DNA from: Ascoidea asiatica JCM 7603
Lineage: Eukaryota; Fungi; Ascomycota
Assembly: GCA_001600695.1 (NCBI GenBank)
Contig: BCKQ01000004.1
Location: forward strand, 271,708-335,707
Direction of reading: 5' to 3'
Length of the DNA stretch: 64,000 nucleotides
In this document: one piece after another, positions 34,180 through 46,151 of the stretch
Numbering within the stretch: the first letter of the stretch is position 1
Layout of the letters: every line of letters starts with the position of its first letter
Translations under genes and position numbers: made by a program
Notes under the pieces: model-generated
Database searches by the model: none
What the model saw: only the letters and a program-made list of their open reading frames with translations
Told to the model about the DNA's origin: nothing

Positions 34180-35466
34180 TTAGTATCTATTTTTGATATA
34201 ATTTTTTCTCAAAGCTATTTTTTTCAATTCCTCCTCTTTTTTCTTATTCATTTTTAATATAAAATCTGTAGGACTAGCTTCTGGATGTTTTGTGAAATCA
34301 ACTTCTGATTCTTCTTCTTCAGAATTAATATCATTGGATTTCATGATTCCATTTGATTTAGTTCTACTAGAATCCCATGCAAAAGTTTTTAGCTTTTCAT
34401 AATTTGCAGCTTCTCCATTTAAATGACGAACAAATAAATTACTATTATTGATATATCCAGTGTTAACATCTCGTATGGATCTTGTTTTTGGATTATATGA
34501 AATTTCTAAATCATCATCTTCATTTTCTCTTTTTTTAGAATTTATACCTTTAAGATAAACAGCTTTGTCTTCAAGAATTCTAATGATTTTTTCACCATTA
34601 GCTTTCTCATTTTCAATTTTTGATCTATAAATTTCTTTTGTTAAACCTAATTCATTTAATTCTATTTCTTCATCTGAGGAATCATAATCATCATAATCTT
34701 TTTTTTTCATGCATTCAATTAACCTGTCTAATTCTTTCATTTTTTCCTTTTCTAATTTCTTTTTTTCATTTTCTTGCCATATTTTCAAAGAATCATTCCA
34801 ATTATCACGATTGTAACCGTACCATCTATCACGCCTTTCATCATAATTATCCAATTTATTTTTAGAATTATCACCGTCGCTTCGCACATTAACTGAGCTG
34901 AAGGTATTTTTGGGTGTATTTTTGGTTTCACAGTCACTTTCATTATCACTTTTCTTTTCGTTTTCTCTTTTTCTGTATTGAATACTTGTTGCAACTTGTT
35001 TTTCTAAACAATCTCGTTTGGTATGATTTATAGATCCACAATTTGTGCAAAAGTTTGATTTTGAATTAAAAGGATTATTATCTGCTTGTATATTTGGTTT
35101 AGAAATTTTATTTTTTGTAAATTCAAGCTTGTTATTATGTTTTCTTTTCGAATTTTTTTTATTTTCAGAATCTTTTGATAAGAATGATATTTTGTTATCT
35201 CCTATTTCTTTGAATGTATCATTTATTCCATATCCATGTTTAGAAACTGAAAAATTTTTCGGTTTATCAAAAGGATCTTTTCTTTGATGCGCTAAATAGT
35301 CCTCACTTTCATGATTACTATTCACATCACTTTCAGCTTTATACCAAGGAGATTCAGAAATAAATTTAGGAATATATTGATTTTTTTGGGCCGCTTTTCG
35401 TGAAATACTTTTATTATTATCATTGGATCCATTTCCGTTATTTTTGAGATTTAGAGAAGTTCCCAT
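34180..35466 (-). CDS. SLU7: Pre-mRNA splicing factor Slu7
   Basis: NQYIPKFISESPWY, DYLAHQR, zinc knuckle CTNCGSINHTKRDC, YDERRDRWYGY and YNPKTRSIR. Confidence 0.9.
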   Translation of the reverse strand: MGTSLNLKNNGNGSNDNNKSISRKAAQKNQYIPKFISESPWYKAESDVNSNHESEDYLAHQRKDPFDKPKNFSVSKHGYGINDTFKEIGDNKISFLSKDSENKKNSKRKHNNKLEFTKNKISKPNIQADNNPFNSKSNFCTNCGSINHTKRDCLEKQVATSIQYRKRENEKKSDNESDCETKNTPKNTFSSVNVRSDGDNSKNKLDNYDERRDRWYGYNRDNWNDSLKIWQENEKKKLEKEKMKELDRLIECMKKKDYDDYDSSDEEIELNELGLTKEIYRSKIENEKANGEKIIRILEDKAVYLKGINSKKRENEDDDLEISYNPKTRSIRDVNTGYINNSNLFVRHLNGEAANYEKLKTFAWDSSRTKSNGIMKSNDINSEEEESEVDFTKHPEASPTDFILKMNKKKEEELKKIALRKNYIKNRY

Positions 35467-35883
35467 TTATTTAATGTTATTGATTATAGTAATTCTGATC
35501 TCTGAACTTTTATTATTAATATAGTTTTTCACCGCTTTTAAATTCTACAAAATAATTTTAATAAAAATTAAAGATTAGCTTTACCCCACTGAAAAACCAG
35601 TAATTTTTGATAATAAATCAATTATAAAAATATATTAACAACTGGAAATATTAATTATTTCATTAAACTGGCATCATTATTGAAATACACATTTTTTTAA
35701 TCTTATCAGCCTTTTCTGGATGACTTTATTCTTTGATCGGAACCAGCCGTGTGGGTGCTTTGGAGAAATTATTCATTATTCAGCTATGTCCGACATAATA
35801 AACCTTCGACTTGAAATCTAATTTTTGAAGGTTTTACACTTTTAGTATTTGTTGAGGAATAAATATTTTTGAAGTCTGTAATA

Positions 35884-37296
35884 ATGGTTGAAAGAACTGA
35901 AATGTCACTAAAAGAAACAAAAAAGGAGTTATTGAGGCTACAAAATGAAAATAAACTCTTGAAAGAGAAACTAGCACTAAATAAATCCCAGACACTGAAA
36001 AAAGTAGAAAATGCTTATTTAAAAGAGAATGATATTAAGAATTTTACAGGACTTTCATTAAAAGAATATAGAAAATATGGAAGACAATTACTAGTTCCTG
36101 ATTTCAATGGAGTTAAGTCTCAGATTGCACTCAAAAATTCTAGGATTCTTGTTGTTGGAGCAGGAGGATTGGGATGTCCAGCATTACTCTATCTCACTGG
36201 TTGTGGAGTAGGGGTTATAGGGATTATAGATCATGATACAGTCGATTTATCAAATTTACATAGGCAAATTCTTCATAATACAAAAGAAATCGGAAATTTA
36301 AAGGTTGAATCAGCAAAAAATTATCTTTCATTATTAAACCCCGATGTAGAATTTGAGTTATATCCTGAATCATTAAATAACGAAAATGCCTTCAAGATAA
36401 TTGATAAATATGATTTAGTATTGGATTGTACAGATACACCAATGTTACGTTATCTTATAAATGATGTTTGTGTTTTATTAGAAAAAACGATTATATCAGG
36501 TTCTGGTTTAAAAACAGAAGGGCAATTATCAATTTTGAATTTTATGCAAACAGGACCCTGTTATAGATGTTTTTATCCTAGACCTCCTCCTCCAAATAAC
36601 GTAACTTCTTGTCAAGATGGTGGTGTTATAGGACCCTGTATTGGTATAATTGGAACTATGATGGCAGTTGAGACAATAAAAGTATTAACTAACTATTATA
36701 CATTGGAAAATTTTCAGTCATTTTTGACAATATATGATGGGTTTGCAAATATATCCCAAACTCTTAAAACCTTCAAAATGAGAGGAAAACAAAAAAACTG
36801 TAAAATCTGTGGTACAAATCCAGAAATTACAAAGGATATGATAATTAATGGTGATATTGACTATGTCCAATTTTGTGGACGTCTTGATTATAACGTTTTA
36901 GATTCAGAAGAAAGAATTTCGTCTGATTTTTATTATAAATCGGTTTTGAAACAAAATAAACCCCATTTATTGATTGATGTTAGGCAAGCAGTTCAATGGG
37001 ATATTGCGCATTTGCCAAATTCTATACATATTGAGCTCAGTGATCTTAAAAATATTGGAACAATATCAGATTTAAGGTCTTTGCTAAATTCAAGGTTAAT
37101 CGAACAGGATAAAAAATTCAAAGAAGATGAAGATTTAGAAAATGAAACAATATACTGTGTATGTAGACGTGGTAACGATTCTCAGTTGGCTGTTAAATTT
37201 TTAAAAACAGAGTTCAACTTAAAGAATGTTTTTGATATTACTGGAGGTCTCGCTAAATGGTCAGAGAATGTGGATACTAAATTTCCTGTTTATTGA
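35884..37296 (+). CDS. UBA4: Adenylyltransferase/sulfurtransferase Uba4 (MOCS3)
   Basis: MoeB/E1 domain (GAGGLGCP, SNLHRQILH, PCYRC, CKIC) plus rhodanese CRRGNDSQ and FPVY end. The first ATG is at 35884. Confidence 0.93.
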   Translation: MVERTEMSLKETKKELLRLQNENKLLKEKLALNKSQTLKKVENAYLKENDIKNFTGLSLKEYRKYGRQLLVPDFNGVKSQIALKNSRILVVGAGGLGCPALLYLTGCGVGVIGIIDHDTVDLSNLHRQILHNTKEIGNLKVESAKNYLSLLNPDVEFELYPESLNNENAFKIIDKYDLVLDCTDTPMLRYLINDVCVLLEKTIISGSGLKTEGQLSILNFMQTGPCYRCFYPRPPPPNNVTSCQDGGVIGPCIGIIGTMMAVETIKVLTNYYTLENFQSFLTIYDGFANISQTLKTFKMRGKQKNCKICGTNPEITKDMIINGDIDYVQFCGRLDYNVLDSEERISSDFYYKSVLKQNKPHLLIDVRQAVQWDIAHLPNSIHIELSDLKNIGTISDLRSLLNSRLIEQDKKFKEDEDLENETIYCVCRRGNDSQLAVKFLKTEFNLKNVFDITGGLAKWSENVDTKFPVY

Positions 37297-37771
37297 AATT
37301 GAATTTAGAAAAAAAGGAAAATTAGTTGTATTTCCTTTGAATAATCCTTCTTTAAAGTAATAAAAGGTATTGATAAAAATTTTATATTTTATAAAGGTTA
37401 TAGAAAAGTATATAATTGATTCAAAATGAGTCAAATGAAAAATAGTATTGTGAGAAAAAAATTATGCATCCAATAATATATATGAATATCAATCAAGCAA
37501 ATTTAAAAGCAAAGCAAATCGAGAAAAAAAAAGCCAAAAAAAAAATATTTAGAAAATCATAGATATCAAACTAAAAAAATAAAAGGTATCAACCATTCAT
37601 TCCTTTAAACATAAAAAAAAAATAAAACTAAAAAAAAAGTGAATTCAAAAATTTGAACCAATCCATTTCCAACAATGCAGTTAATAAAAGGGGGAAAGGA
37701 ATCAAGAGAAGTAAAAGAAGAAATATCTTAAGTGATTGTTGTGGCAGTTGTTAGTTCTCTTCAAATTGAAA

Positions 37772-39745
37772 TTATTCTTTCCATCTCTCTAAAACCCCTT
37801 CCGCCCACCTGCTGAGTAACAATTCTTCTACATTATCTCTTTTTCTAATTTCTTTTGGTTTATCCGAATTATCTGAGGATGTCGAAGAATTACTGTTTAA
37901 ATGCTTAGGAATTATGAGAGAAGAAAGCTTTTGATTTTTATCCACACCTTTCAAGACATCTTTTAGAAACTTAAATAATAAATCTGAATTATTTAAAGTA
38001 TTCTGGGATGAATTATTCGAAATTTCTGTTGAACTTGAAAGAATCGAAGCATTTCTCGTACTAAAGGTCTGTTTTTTAGAAGTTGAAATTTCTTGCAGTG
38101 TAGAGTTTGAATCAATTTCTTCATTAATAACTTTTTCATCATTTTCAATAGTAACAAAATCTTTTAAGCAATTAATCAAATTATTGAGTTTATTATATTG
38201 AGATGAATTTAGATCATATTTAACCCGGTGATTTTTCTTGTAATTTGTTAATGATTCGTCTAAAACCAGATTTTCTTGATTCATATTTATAGACGATGAT
38301 GAATTGAAAAATTTGCTTGAAGATTCATTGATGATTTTAGTAAAATCTTCTTTGATTAATTCTTTTTTATTTGAAAATGATTGATGATCCAAAGTTTCAT
38401 CTAATGATTTTCCATATAGAGAAGAATCTTTTTGTTGGGGTAACATTGAATTTTGAGATGATATTAAATCAGAGCCAGAATATATTGAGTTGTTATCGTT
38501 ATTGTTCGAATAAGATGCAGAGAGATGTGGATTATGATTTGTAAATTCATTATAACACACAGAGGGTGAGTTTTGGGAAGGTAAATAGGATGAATTAGTA
38601 GATGTTACTGAAGATGAATGTGAATAGCTACTACTAGCTTGAGAGTGATTTGATGCTGAACTTCCTGAACTTGATCTACTTCCGGATTTTACTGGAGATT
38701 GTTTTGGAGTTTTAAAAATAATTGAGTCATTGGAATTTGAATTTTGAGTCTGATTTTGATTTGAAGATAATTTAATAGTATCGAAATCAAAAGAAATTTG
38801 AGAAGTTATGTCATCTTTGTTCTCTTTTATAATAGTTGGTTCATATATTTTTGAATTAGATCTTGCATAATCGGTATGATCAAGTTCCCATTCTTTTCTT
38901 ATTTTAATTAAATCTTTTAATAAAATATTATCACCAGCTTTTCTAATAAATTTATGTTTTAATAGTTGTTTTGCAGTTGGTCTTTCATTTGGATCTTTTT
39001 GTAAACATAATTTAATAAAATTTTGAAATTCTAAAGAATAATTTTTATTTTTTGGTAAAGCAGGAGAAGGATTTTCAGGAATTAGAAATAAAACTTTTAA
39101 AGGATGTATATTCGATAATGGAGGTTTTCCTAATGCGAATTCTATTGCAGTTATTCCAAGAGACCAAATATCAGCTTTATAATTATAATCTTGTTGTAAA
39201 ATAACTTCTGGAGACATCCAAAATGGAGTACCAACGAAAGTATTTCTTCTGCTTAAATTATTTGTTAACTGAGTTGCTACACCAAAATCACCAATTTTAA
39301 CATCACCATTAATATTAACTAAAACATTAGCTGCTTTAACGTCTCTATGAATTTTACTTGATTGATGTAAATAATTCAAAGCTTTTAATAATTCTCTACA
39401 TAAAATTGAAATATATTTTTCTTCAAATGGTTTTGGTAATAAAAGATCAAGACAAGAACCTCCATCTAATAATTCCATTATTATCCATAGCTTAAAGCCT
39501 TTAACAAAAGAACCATAATATCTTGTTATTTGAGGAAAATTACAATTTGATAATATTGTTATTTCTTTTTGAATTTCATCTATATCTTCATCGCAAGATT
39601 CCAAATCTATTTGTTTTACAGCAACATTTATTTTTTCAATTAAATCATATCCTTTATAAACTACACCAAAAGATCCTTTACCTAATTGCTCAGATAATTT
39701 AAATTGATCAGCAGAAAAAATTCTTTGAGATTTACTTGAATTCAT
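37772..39745 (-). CDS. STE20/GCK-family Ser/Thr kinase, Sps1/Sid1-like
   Basis: N-terminal kinase domain (GKGSFG, HRDVKAAN, DFGVATQL, RNTFVGTPFWMSPE) and C-terminal EELLLSRW. Confidence 0.85.
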   Translation of the reverse strand: MNSSKSQRIFSADQFKLSEQLGKGSFGVVYKGYDLIEKINVAVKQIDLESCDEDIDEIQKEITILSNCNFPQITRYYGSFVKGFKLWIIMELLDGGSCLDLLLPKPFEEKYISILCRELLKALNYLHQSSKIHRDVKAANVLVNINGDVKIGDFGVATQLTNNLSRRNTFVGTPFWMSPEVILQQDYNYKADIWSLGITAIEFALGKPPLSNIHPLKVLFLIPENPSPALPKNKNYSLEFQNFIKLCLQKDPNERPTAKQLLKHKFIRKAGDNILLKDLIKIRKEWELDHTDYARSNSKIYEPTIIKENKDDITSQISFDFDTIKLSSNQNQTQNSNSNDSIIFKTPKQSPVKSGSRSSSGSSASNHSQASSSYSHSSSVTSTNSSYLPSQNSPSVCYNEFTNHNPHLSASYSNNNDNNSIYSGSDLISSQNSMLPQQKDSSLYGKSLDETLDHQSFSNKKELIKEDFTKIINESSSKFFNSSSSINMNQENLVLDESLTNYKKNHRVKYDLNSSQYNKLNNLINCLKDFVTIENDEKVINEEIDSNSTLQEISTSKKQTFSTRNASILSSSTEISNNSSQNTLNNSDLLFKFLKDVLKGVDKNQKLSSLIIPKHLNSNSSTSSDNSDKPKEIRKRDNVEELLLSRWAEGVLERWKE

Positions 39746-41789
39746 TTTGCTTTTCTAATAAAAACAATTGCTATTGGATTTTAATTTTCAATCTTTTAAC
39801 TTTTCTTTCAAAAAATACTATCAAGAATATATATACTGTATAAATCTTTTTAAATGATTTCGAATCTATTTAAGATATAGACAAATCAAAAAAATAAAGC
39901 AACTTTTCCACTATTAGTAACTTTAATATTTTGTTTTAAATAAAATTTAATAACACCAGTATTGCATTGATTTGTTGAAATCAATTTTACAATTTTATTT
40001 AAAAGAAAGTTTCTTTAAGGTTTGTAAACTGGCAGGGATAATATGTTCAAGAAATACTAATGTTTTTGACAATTTCTTTTCTTGATTCACTTGTAATTAA
40101 CAGGAGTTGTTTATTTTGATTAGCTTTTCTCTTTGACTAATATCATACTGCGTATGCATACAAATCATTATTTATTTCAATGATGTTAGGAGTCGATAAA
40201 TAGAATTACAATGGTGTATCATTAGTTGTCTGATACATATCCTTTAATAACGTAAGTTTCTCTTCCCAATAAAACCCAAATCAGTTGGAATTTGGAAAAT
40301 AATCCTGATATGAATCAGCAAAAAAGGTTTTGTTTGTGTTTACAATTTACCTAATCAGGAACATTTTTCACAAAATGCAACACTGCGTTGAATACTGCTT
40401 AGAACGCGCACATTCCAGCTGGATTCTGCATCCGTCAACGCACCGCCCATTAAAGCTTCCCTCATTAGGTAGTTCCGGGTTTAAAATTCCCAGTTTTGGA
40501 TTTCCAAAGGTTAAAAATTCTAGTTTATTAAAATTTCACAAGAATTTTAATAACAATTTTTAATCATATTCTGTGCAAGAATTTAAAAAAGGATTTCCAC
40601 AAGAATTTCGACAATTATGTAAATTCGCCCGAGGCAATCCTCTACAATTATGATCATTCATTTTTTTTATTTTGGCGAAAAAAGGTTTAAAGGTTGAAAT
40701 TGGCATAGAAAATGAAAATCAAAACAATAAATTTATTTGATTCTCAAAAGTGGATAGAAGTATTTCTTGAAGTGTTATCAATTCGAATTATTTTTAACTG
40801 CGATCTTCCGAAACATTTGAGCCTCAAGTTTCATAATTTTTATACTAGTAAATATTCACTTCTTAGATCTTTTTTCTAAACCGTTTTAACCCAAGAAAAA
40901 ATTCGCCTGATTGATATTTTCTTCGTCAGCAGAGATTTAGGGCATACATTTAGGACACACGTTTAAGACAGATTTAGGGATTGTCTGATGGAGAAACAAT
41001 TTAAAATTCAAATTTAGGATTAAAATTTAGGATTTAAATTTAGAATGAATATTTTCGGATCATTCCTTGTATGAAAAATATATTATGATCGAATATCCTC
41101 CTTGAGATAAAGCAGATGGAAAAGTTTGTGAATATAATTCTTCAAAGAATGTGATATTGATGTATTGTAGTATCATTGAAAATCAACTATTTTGATTAAT
41201 GCTTTGGGTTAGCTTATTATGTTTTTTGCTTATTTAATTTTTAAAGAGATTAATTAAAATAGGTTACCGTATTTGTAAAACAGGTATATAAATATATAGA
41301 TATATATGTATTAGGTAAGCTTAATGATAAAAAAAGGTTAAAACAAAAAATTTTTAATAAAAAAAAATGAAGGATCAAACAATAATAAAAGTTAAAAGTA
41401 AATCAAAAGTAAATCAAAATTAAAATTAAAAGATATTAAAGTTAAAATTAAAATCATAGCTCAAATTCTAAGTAGAATTAAAACTAAAAATCAATTAAAA
41501 ATAAAAATAGAATTTTAGTAATAAAAGTAAATCAAAACAAAAAAAAAAAGTAAAAATAAAATAAAAAATCAAATTAAAATCAGATAAAATTAAATAAAAA
41601 AAAGCAGAAAGAGCTTATTCATTACTAATGAGAAAAATATAAAATGAAAATGCAATTGGAAACAATCGAAAAAAAAATTTGAAGCACAAAACAGCATACT
41701 ATCTGAAAAATCCTTTCAATTGAATTTAATTCGTTTAACATTGCCAATAATAATAAATTTATCAAATCAATGTTAAAAACGTTCCAGCC

Positions 41790-44700
41790 TTATTTGGTAT
41801 AACTAGCGAATGGATTAACCGCACGAACAGTTAAACATGGTAAAGCCATTCCAATTTCAGCCCTTAATAAAATAGGTACTTGACGTGATTCATGAATTTC
41901 TTGAACACAATAGTTTCCTTCAACTCTAGTGATTATATCAGTTAAATATGGTTTTAATGGACCATCACCATCTATTTCACCACAACTTTCTTTAGATTCT
42001 TCACTTTGAGATATTACATTAGATCCTGAAACAACTCTTTGAGGTTTTATAACTTCACCAGAGCTATCACCTTCAGGCTTGATTGGAGAATTTGGTAAAC
42101 TTTGAGATCCAGTTGAATCCTTTTCAAGATTACCTTTTGATAAATCATCTGGTAATAATACTTTTGGTATAGTTAAATGTAATTTATTTAACTTTTCTAT
42201 TAATTCTTCTGATCCAATTTGTCTTTTAGATAATTTAGCCTTCTTTTGATATGAAGCTGCTTCTAAAGCAGATGTTCTAAATTTATTTTTGATCGAAGTT
42301 CTGTATGATAAAGGTTGTTTTTCATCAACAGGAATGAATGTAGCTGAATCAACACCTTTTTCCCAAAATAATTCTAAAACTTTCTTGTTTTTATCAAATT
42401 CCGCTTTAAGTAATGGAAGTTGATCACCATGAACTCTTTTTTCAATACCAAGTTCTGGAATTAAAACATCAAATGATGATTCATAAACCTGTAATACTGT
42501 TCCTATACATAATAATTGCCCAGTAGATTCACTCATGGAATTTATAGTTTGGGATAAAAGTAAATGAATTGATTGTTCTTGTGCACTTTTAGAACAATCT
42601 TTTTTGAAATTACAGTATTCAGCTGTCATTCTTAAAGATTCAACATCTTCTTTGAATTCACTTTCTCCTGCTAATACTGCTTTTACTTGTCTATGAACAA
42701 TTAAATCAGCATATCTTCTTGACGGAGAAGTAAAATGTGTATATAAAGGTAAATTAAAATAATAATGTCCATACATTTCGGAATCAACTTTTCCAGCAAC
42801 ATAATATTTACCTCTATTTAAACATTTACTTAATAATACTTCAACACATTTTCTTTGAGTATCGTCTGTAATAGATAAAATACTATTTTGTAAAGTATCC
42901 GAAGTTGATGCATCAAGTGTTAATCCTAATGTTGCAATCTTTCTCAAAAATGTTTCAAATTTAGCCAATGTTGGTATTGGGTCTCTTCTCAAAAATGCTT
43001 TATCACCTAATTTAGCATATATTTTTTGAGCAATTGTTGCATTAACTTTATGATAAATTTCTTCAATTACAGAATAAGATAAATTGTTATTAAAAATGTT
43101 TAAATCAAGTCTGATCATTTCATCATCGAATTGATCTAATAAAGTTAATACAGGAGTATTTTCAAGATGATTATTTCTTAATCTTTGACGTCTGAATTCT
43201 TTTGAGATTAGAGCAAGGGTTCTAATATAATCAGCAGTAGCAGAAGAGATTCCTTGATTGATTTTACCTTTTATTAAAATATCATCCATTTCATCATATG
43301 TAATGATTTGTTTTGGATTGATAATACTTTCACCAATCCAAACATCATCAATTTCAAAGCTATTTGTATCAATTTGGAAAACTGTAGATAATGATAAAGA
43401 TTCTTGACCTTCTGCAAAACTGATAAGATCAATAATTTTTTTAGGAAGCAAATTTTTGATAACATTTTGAATAAGATGAACAGAAATGTTTCTTTTTTTA
43501 ATTTTCTTATCGAGTAATGTTCCTGCTTTGACAAAATAACTAACATCAGCAACATGTACACCAATTTCAATTTTATCATCATTAAGTCTTTCAATATGAA
43601 TTGCACTATCAGAGATTTCGCCAGTTGGAGTTAAACCAATTACATATTCATGTTCAAATACTCTTCTATTTTGATCTTTTAATCCATCTTCAATGTTTGG
43701 TAAATCATTAAATAATGCCAAGTCTTTTTGAGTAACACGTTCACCAGGATCAGCAAATTCATCACCAAGAAAATTATTATCTCTTAATATAGATTTAATT
43801 TCTGTTTTTGGATCTTCAATTGAACCTAATTGACTAATTAAAGTTCCAAAAGGATGTAATGAAGTAATGGGCCAACGTTTAATAGAGGCAACAAATAATT
43901 TATCGGAATATTTATCATGATTTTGAACAAAATCTTTTGGAGCTTGTTCTGTTGGAATAGCAATTAAAGGAACTTTTTTATCAGTTGGTTTAAACCAAAC
44001 AATTTTTGGAGCTCTACCAGAATTATTATTTGAATTATCTTTAGATTGTTGAGAAGGACGAACAAGACCAAGAGTACCTGCAAATAATTGACTAGGAATA
44101 CGATCAATTACAGCTACAACATGGCCAGCAAATAATGGTTTATAATTATCATTAATTTCTTCTTCCTCGACCAAAAGTAAAGATTGACCTTCAACTTCAA
44201 CATCATCATTTTTTTTTTGAGTTGGTCTTTGTTTAAGAGAGCCTCTTCTTTTAATTGGTCTTGGAACACCATGGACATTATCAACAGTTGTTGAACCTTT
44301 TGAAGAATTATCATTTTCCGTCGAACCCGAAAAAGTACTTGCATCGTTATGTAAATCGTCATTTGGAGCAGAAGAAATTCCAAAATCTTTTCTTTTTCTT
44401 TTTTCTTCTTTTTCTCTTTTACTACTCCAAACTTCATCAACAACTAATAATTCAACAGCAACTAAATCACCTTCTAAAGCTCTATTACGATCTTTTGAAC
44501 CACAAATATAAATATCAGCATCCAATAAACCATCAGTCGAAACATAGGCATCAGATCTATTTTTTTTATTAACACGTAAAATACCAGTTACTAGACGACC
44601 ATCATTAATTAATTCTGGTAAAGAACTTTGAGGTAAATAAGGAGCGAATAAAGACTTTCTTTGTGGACCTTGAGAAACAGAATTATTACCAAATTGAGAT

Positions 44701-46151
44701 TGATTTGGAAAACCAGGTAATTGAAAACCTTGAATTGAAGACATTGAAGAAAATGATCCTGCGCCAAAAGAAGATTTACCTCTATGGCCAGGAGTGAAAG
44801 AGGGAATTTCTAAAGTGTTATTATAATCAGAAGTATTTTGTTGATTATTATTAATATTTTGTTGATTATTATTATTGTTATTATTATTGTTATTAATATT
44901 AATTGGACCTTTTAGATTACCTAAAGATTGAGAATTTGTTAATTTATGTTGAATTTGATTTTGAACAGGCATTAAATTTTGATTTTGGTTAGATTGATTA
45001 TTTGATTGATTATTATTTGATTGTTGAATTCTCCAATTTGAGTTAATATTAGAATTATCATAATTTCTACTAGCATTTTTAAAATGGCCAGAAGATGGTT
45101 TTCTTTCATGCAAAGAACTGTTATTACGACTATGAGATGGAGTACGATTTGAATCAGAAGAACTTGAAGAATTTCTTTGATGACCACCAAACATTGGTTG
45201 TGGAGGTAATAAAGATTCTGAATTTGAATTTGAAGGAATAGGACTGGAATTAGAAGAAGGTGGAAATTGAAATGAATTTACAGAAGGTTTATCATTTACT
45301 TGATTATTTTGTTTGTTTTGAGAAGGAGATGTTGGAGTTTTTGGAAATTGAAAACCTGGAGGAGGTAAAATATTTTCAATAGTTGATTCATTGATTTTTG
45401 CAGGAGAATTATTTAATTGATTTGGATTTCTTTGAGATTGAGCAATTTGAGCAGCTTTTTTGGCTTCATTTAAACCTAAAGAGTGTCTTCTGGAATGACC
45501 TCCACCACCACCAGAACTTTTTTGACGTTGATGACTTGGAGAATTAGGTAAATTTAAATTTAATATATTATTATTATTATTATTATTATTAGGATTAGTA
45601 TTTTGCTGCTGTTGAGATTGAGATTGTTGTTGTTGATTTGGAAATACACTATAAGATTGAGAAGTTTTATGAGCAGGAGATGGATTAAGATTTAATTGTG
45701 GAATTGGTGGAACATTCAAACCATTATTTGGTAAGGCAAAAGAGCCCATAGAACCCATTGTTGAAGAAGATTGAGATCTTCTATGAGAACGTTTTTGATT
45801 TTTTTTATTTTGGTTATTATTTTGATTTTGATTTTGATTTTGATTTTGATTGTTATTATTATTATTGTTTTGATGTTGATTCATCATAAAATTTTGTTGA
45901 GCAGCTTGTTGTTGTAAGATTTGCTGTTGTTGTTGTTGAACAATTTCTAATTGACGCTGTAGAGCAAACTGTTCAATCATTAAAGTTGTTAAATCACTTG
46001 GTGATCTTCTGTGAGCAATATGTAATTGTTTTTTTCTATTCCTGGATTGATTTTGACCTTGTTTACTGGGAATATTCTCAGAACCAGGAACCTGAAGAGT
46101 ATTATTAACATTATTATTATTGTTATTATTGTTATTGCTATTAGATTCCAT
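41790..46151 (-). CDS. SSD1: Ssd1 RNase II-family pseudonuclease / mRNA-binding translational repressor
   Basis: LHIAHRRSPS, HSRRHSLGL Cbk1-type sites, N/Q-rich N-terminus, RKSLFAPYLPQ, YTHFTSPSRRYAD and LPCLTVRAVNPF. Confidence 0.96.
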   Translation of the reverse strand: MESNSNNNNNNNNNVNNTLQVPGSENIPSKQGQNQSRNRKKQLHIAHRRSPSDLTTLMIEQFALQRQLEIVQQQQQQILQQQAAQQNFMMNQHQNNNNNNNQNQNQNQNQNNNQNKKNQKRSHRRSQSSSTMGSMGSFALPNNGLNVPPIPQLNLNPSPAHKTSQSYSVFPNQQQQSQSQQQQNTNPNNNNNNNNILNLNLPNSPSHQRQKSSGGGGGHSRRHSLGLNEAKKAAQIAQSQRNPNQLNNSPAKINESTIENILPPPGFQFPKTPTSPSQNKQNNQVNDKPSVNSFQFPPSSNSSPIPSNSNSESLLPPQPMFGGHQRNSSSSSDSNRTPSHSRNNSSLHERKPSSGHFKNASRNYDNSNINSNWRIQQSNNNQSNNQSNQNQNLMPVQNQIQHKLTNSQSLGNLKGPININNNNNNNNNNQQNINNNQQNTSDYNNTLEIPSFTPGHRGKSSFGAGSFSSMSSIQGFQLPGFPNQSQFGNNSVSQGPQRKSLFAPYLPQSSLPELINDGRLVTGILRVNKKNRSDAYVSTDGLLDADIYICGSKDRNRALEGDLVAVELLVVDEVWSSKREKEEKRKRKDFGISSAPNDDLHNDASTFSGSTENDNSSKGSTTVDNVHGVPRPIKRRGSLKQRPTQKKNDDVEVEGQSLLLVEEEEINDNYKPLFAGHVVAVIDRIPSQLFAGTLGLVRPSQQSKDNSNNNSGRAPKIVWFKPTDKKVPLIAIPTEQAPKDFVQNHDKYSDKLFVASIKRWPITSLHPFGTLISQLGSIEDPKTEIKSILRDNNFLGDEFADPGERVTQKDLALFNDLPNIEDGLKDQNRRVFEHEYVIGLTPTGEISDSAIHIERLNDDKIEIGVHVADVSYFVKAGTLLDKKIKKRNISVHLIQNVIKNLLPKKIIDLISFAEGQESLSLSTVFQIDTNSFEIDDVWIGESIINPKQIITYDEMDDILIKGKINQGISSATADYIRTLALISKEFRRQRLRNNHLENTPVLTLLDQFDDEMIRLDLNIFNNNLSYSVIEEIYHKVNATIAQKIYAKLGDKAFLRRDPIPTLAKFETFLRKIATLGLTLDASTSDTLQNSILSITDDTQRKCVEVLLSKCLNRGKYYVAGKVDSEMYGHYYFNLPLYTHFTSPSRRYADLIVHRQVKAVLAGESEFKEDVESLRMTAEYCNFKKDCSKSAQEQSIHLLLSQTINSMSESTGQLLCIGTVLQVYESSFDVLIPELGIEKRVHGDQLPLLKAEFDKNKKVLELFWEKGVDSATFIPVDEKQPLSYRTSIKNKFRTSALEAASYQKKAKLSKRQIGSEELIEKLNKLHLTIPKVLLPDDLSKGNLEKDSTGSQSLPNSPIKPEGDSSGEVIKPQRVVSGSNVISQSEESKESCGEIDGDGPLKPYLTDIITRVEGNYCVQEIHESRQVPILLRAEIGMALPCLTVRAVNPFASYTK

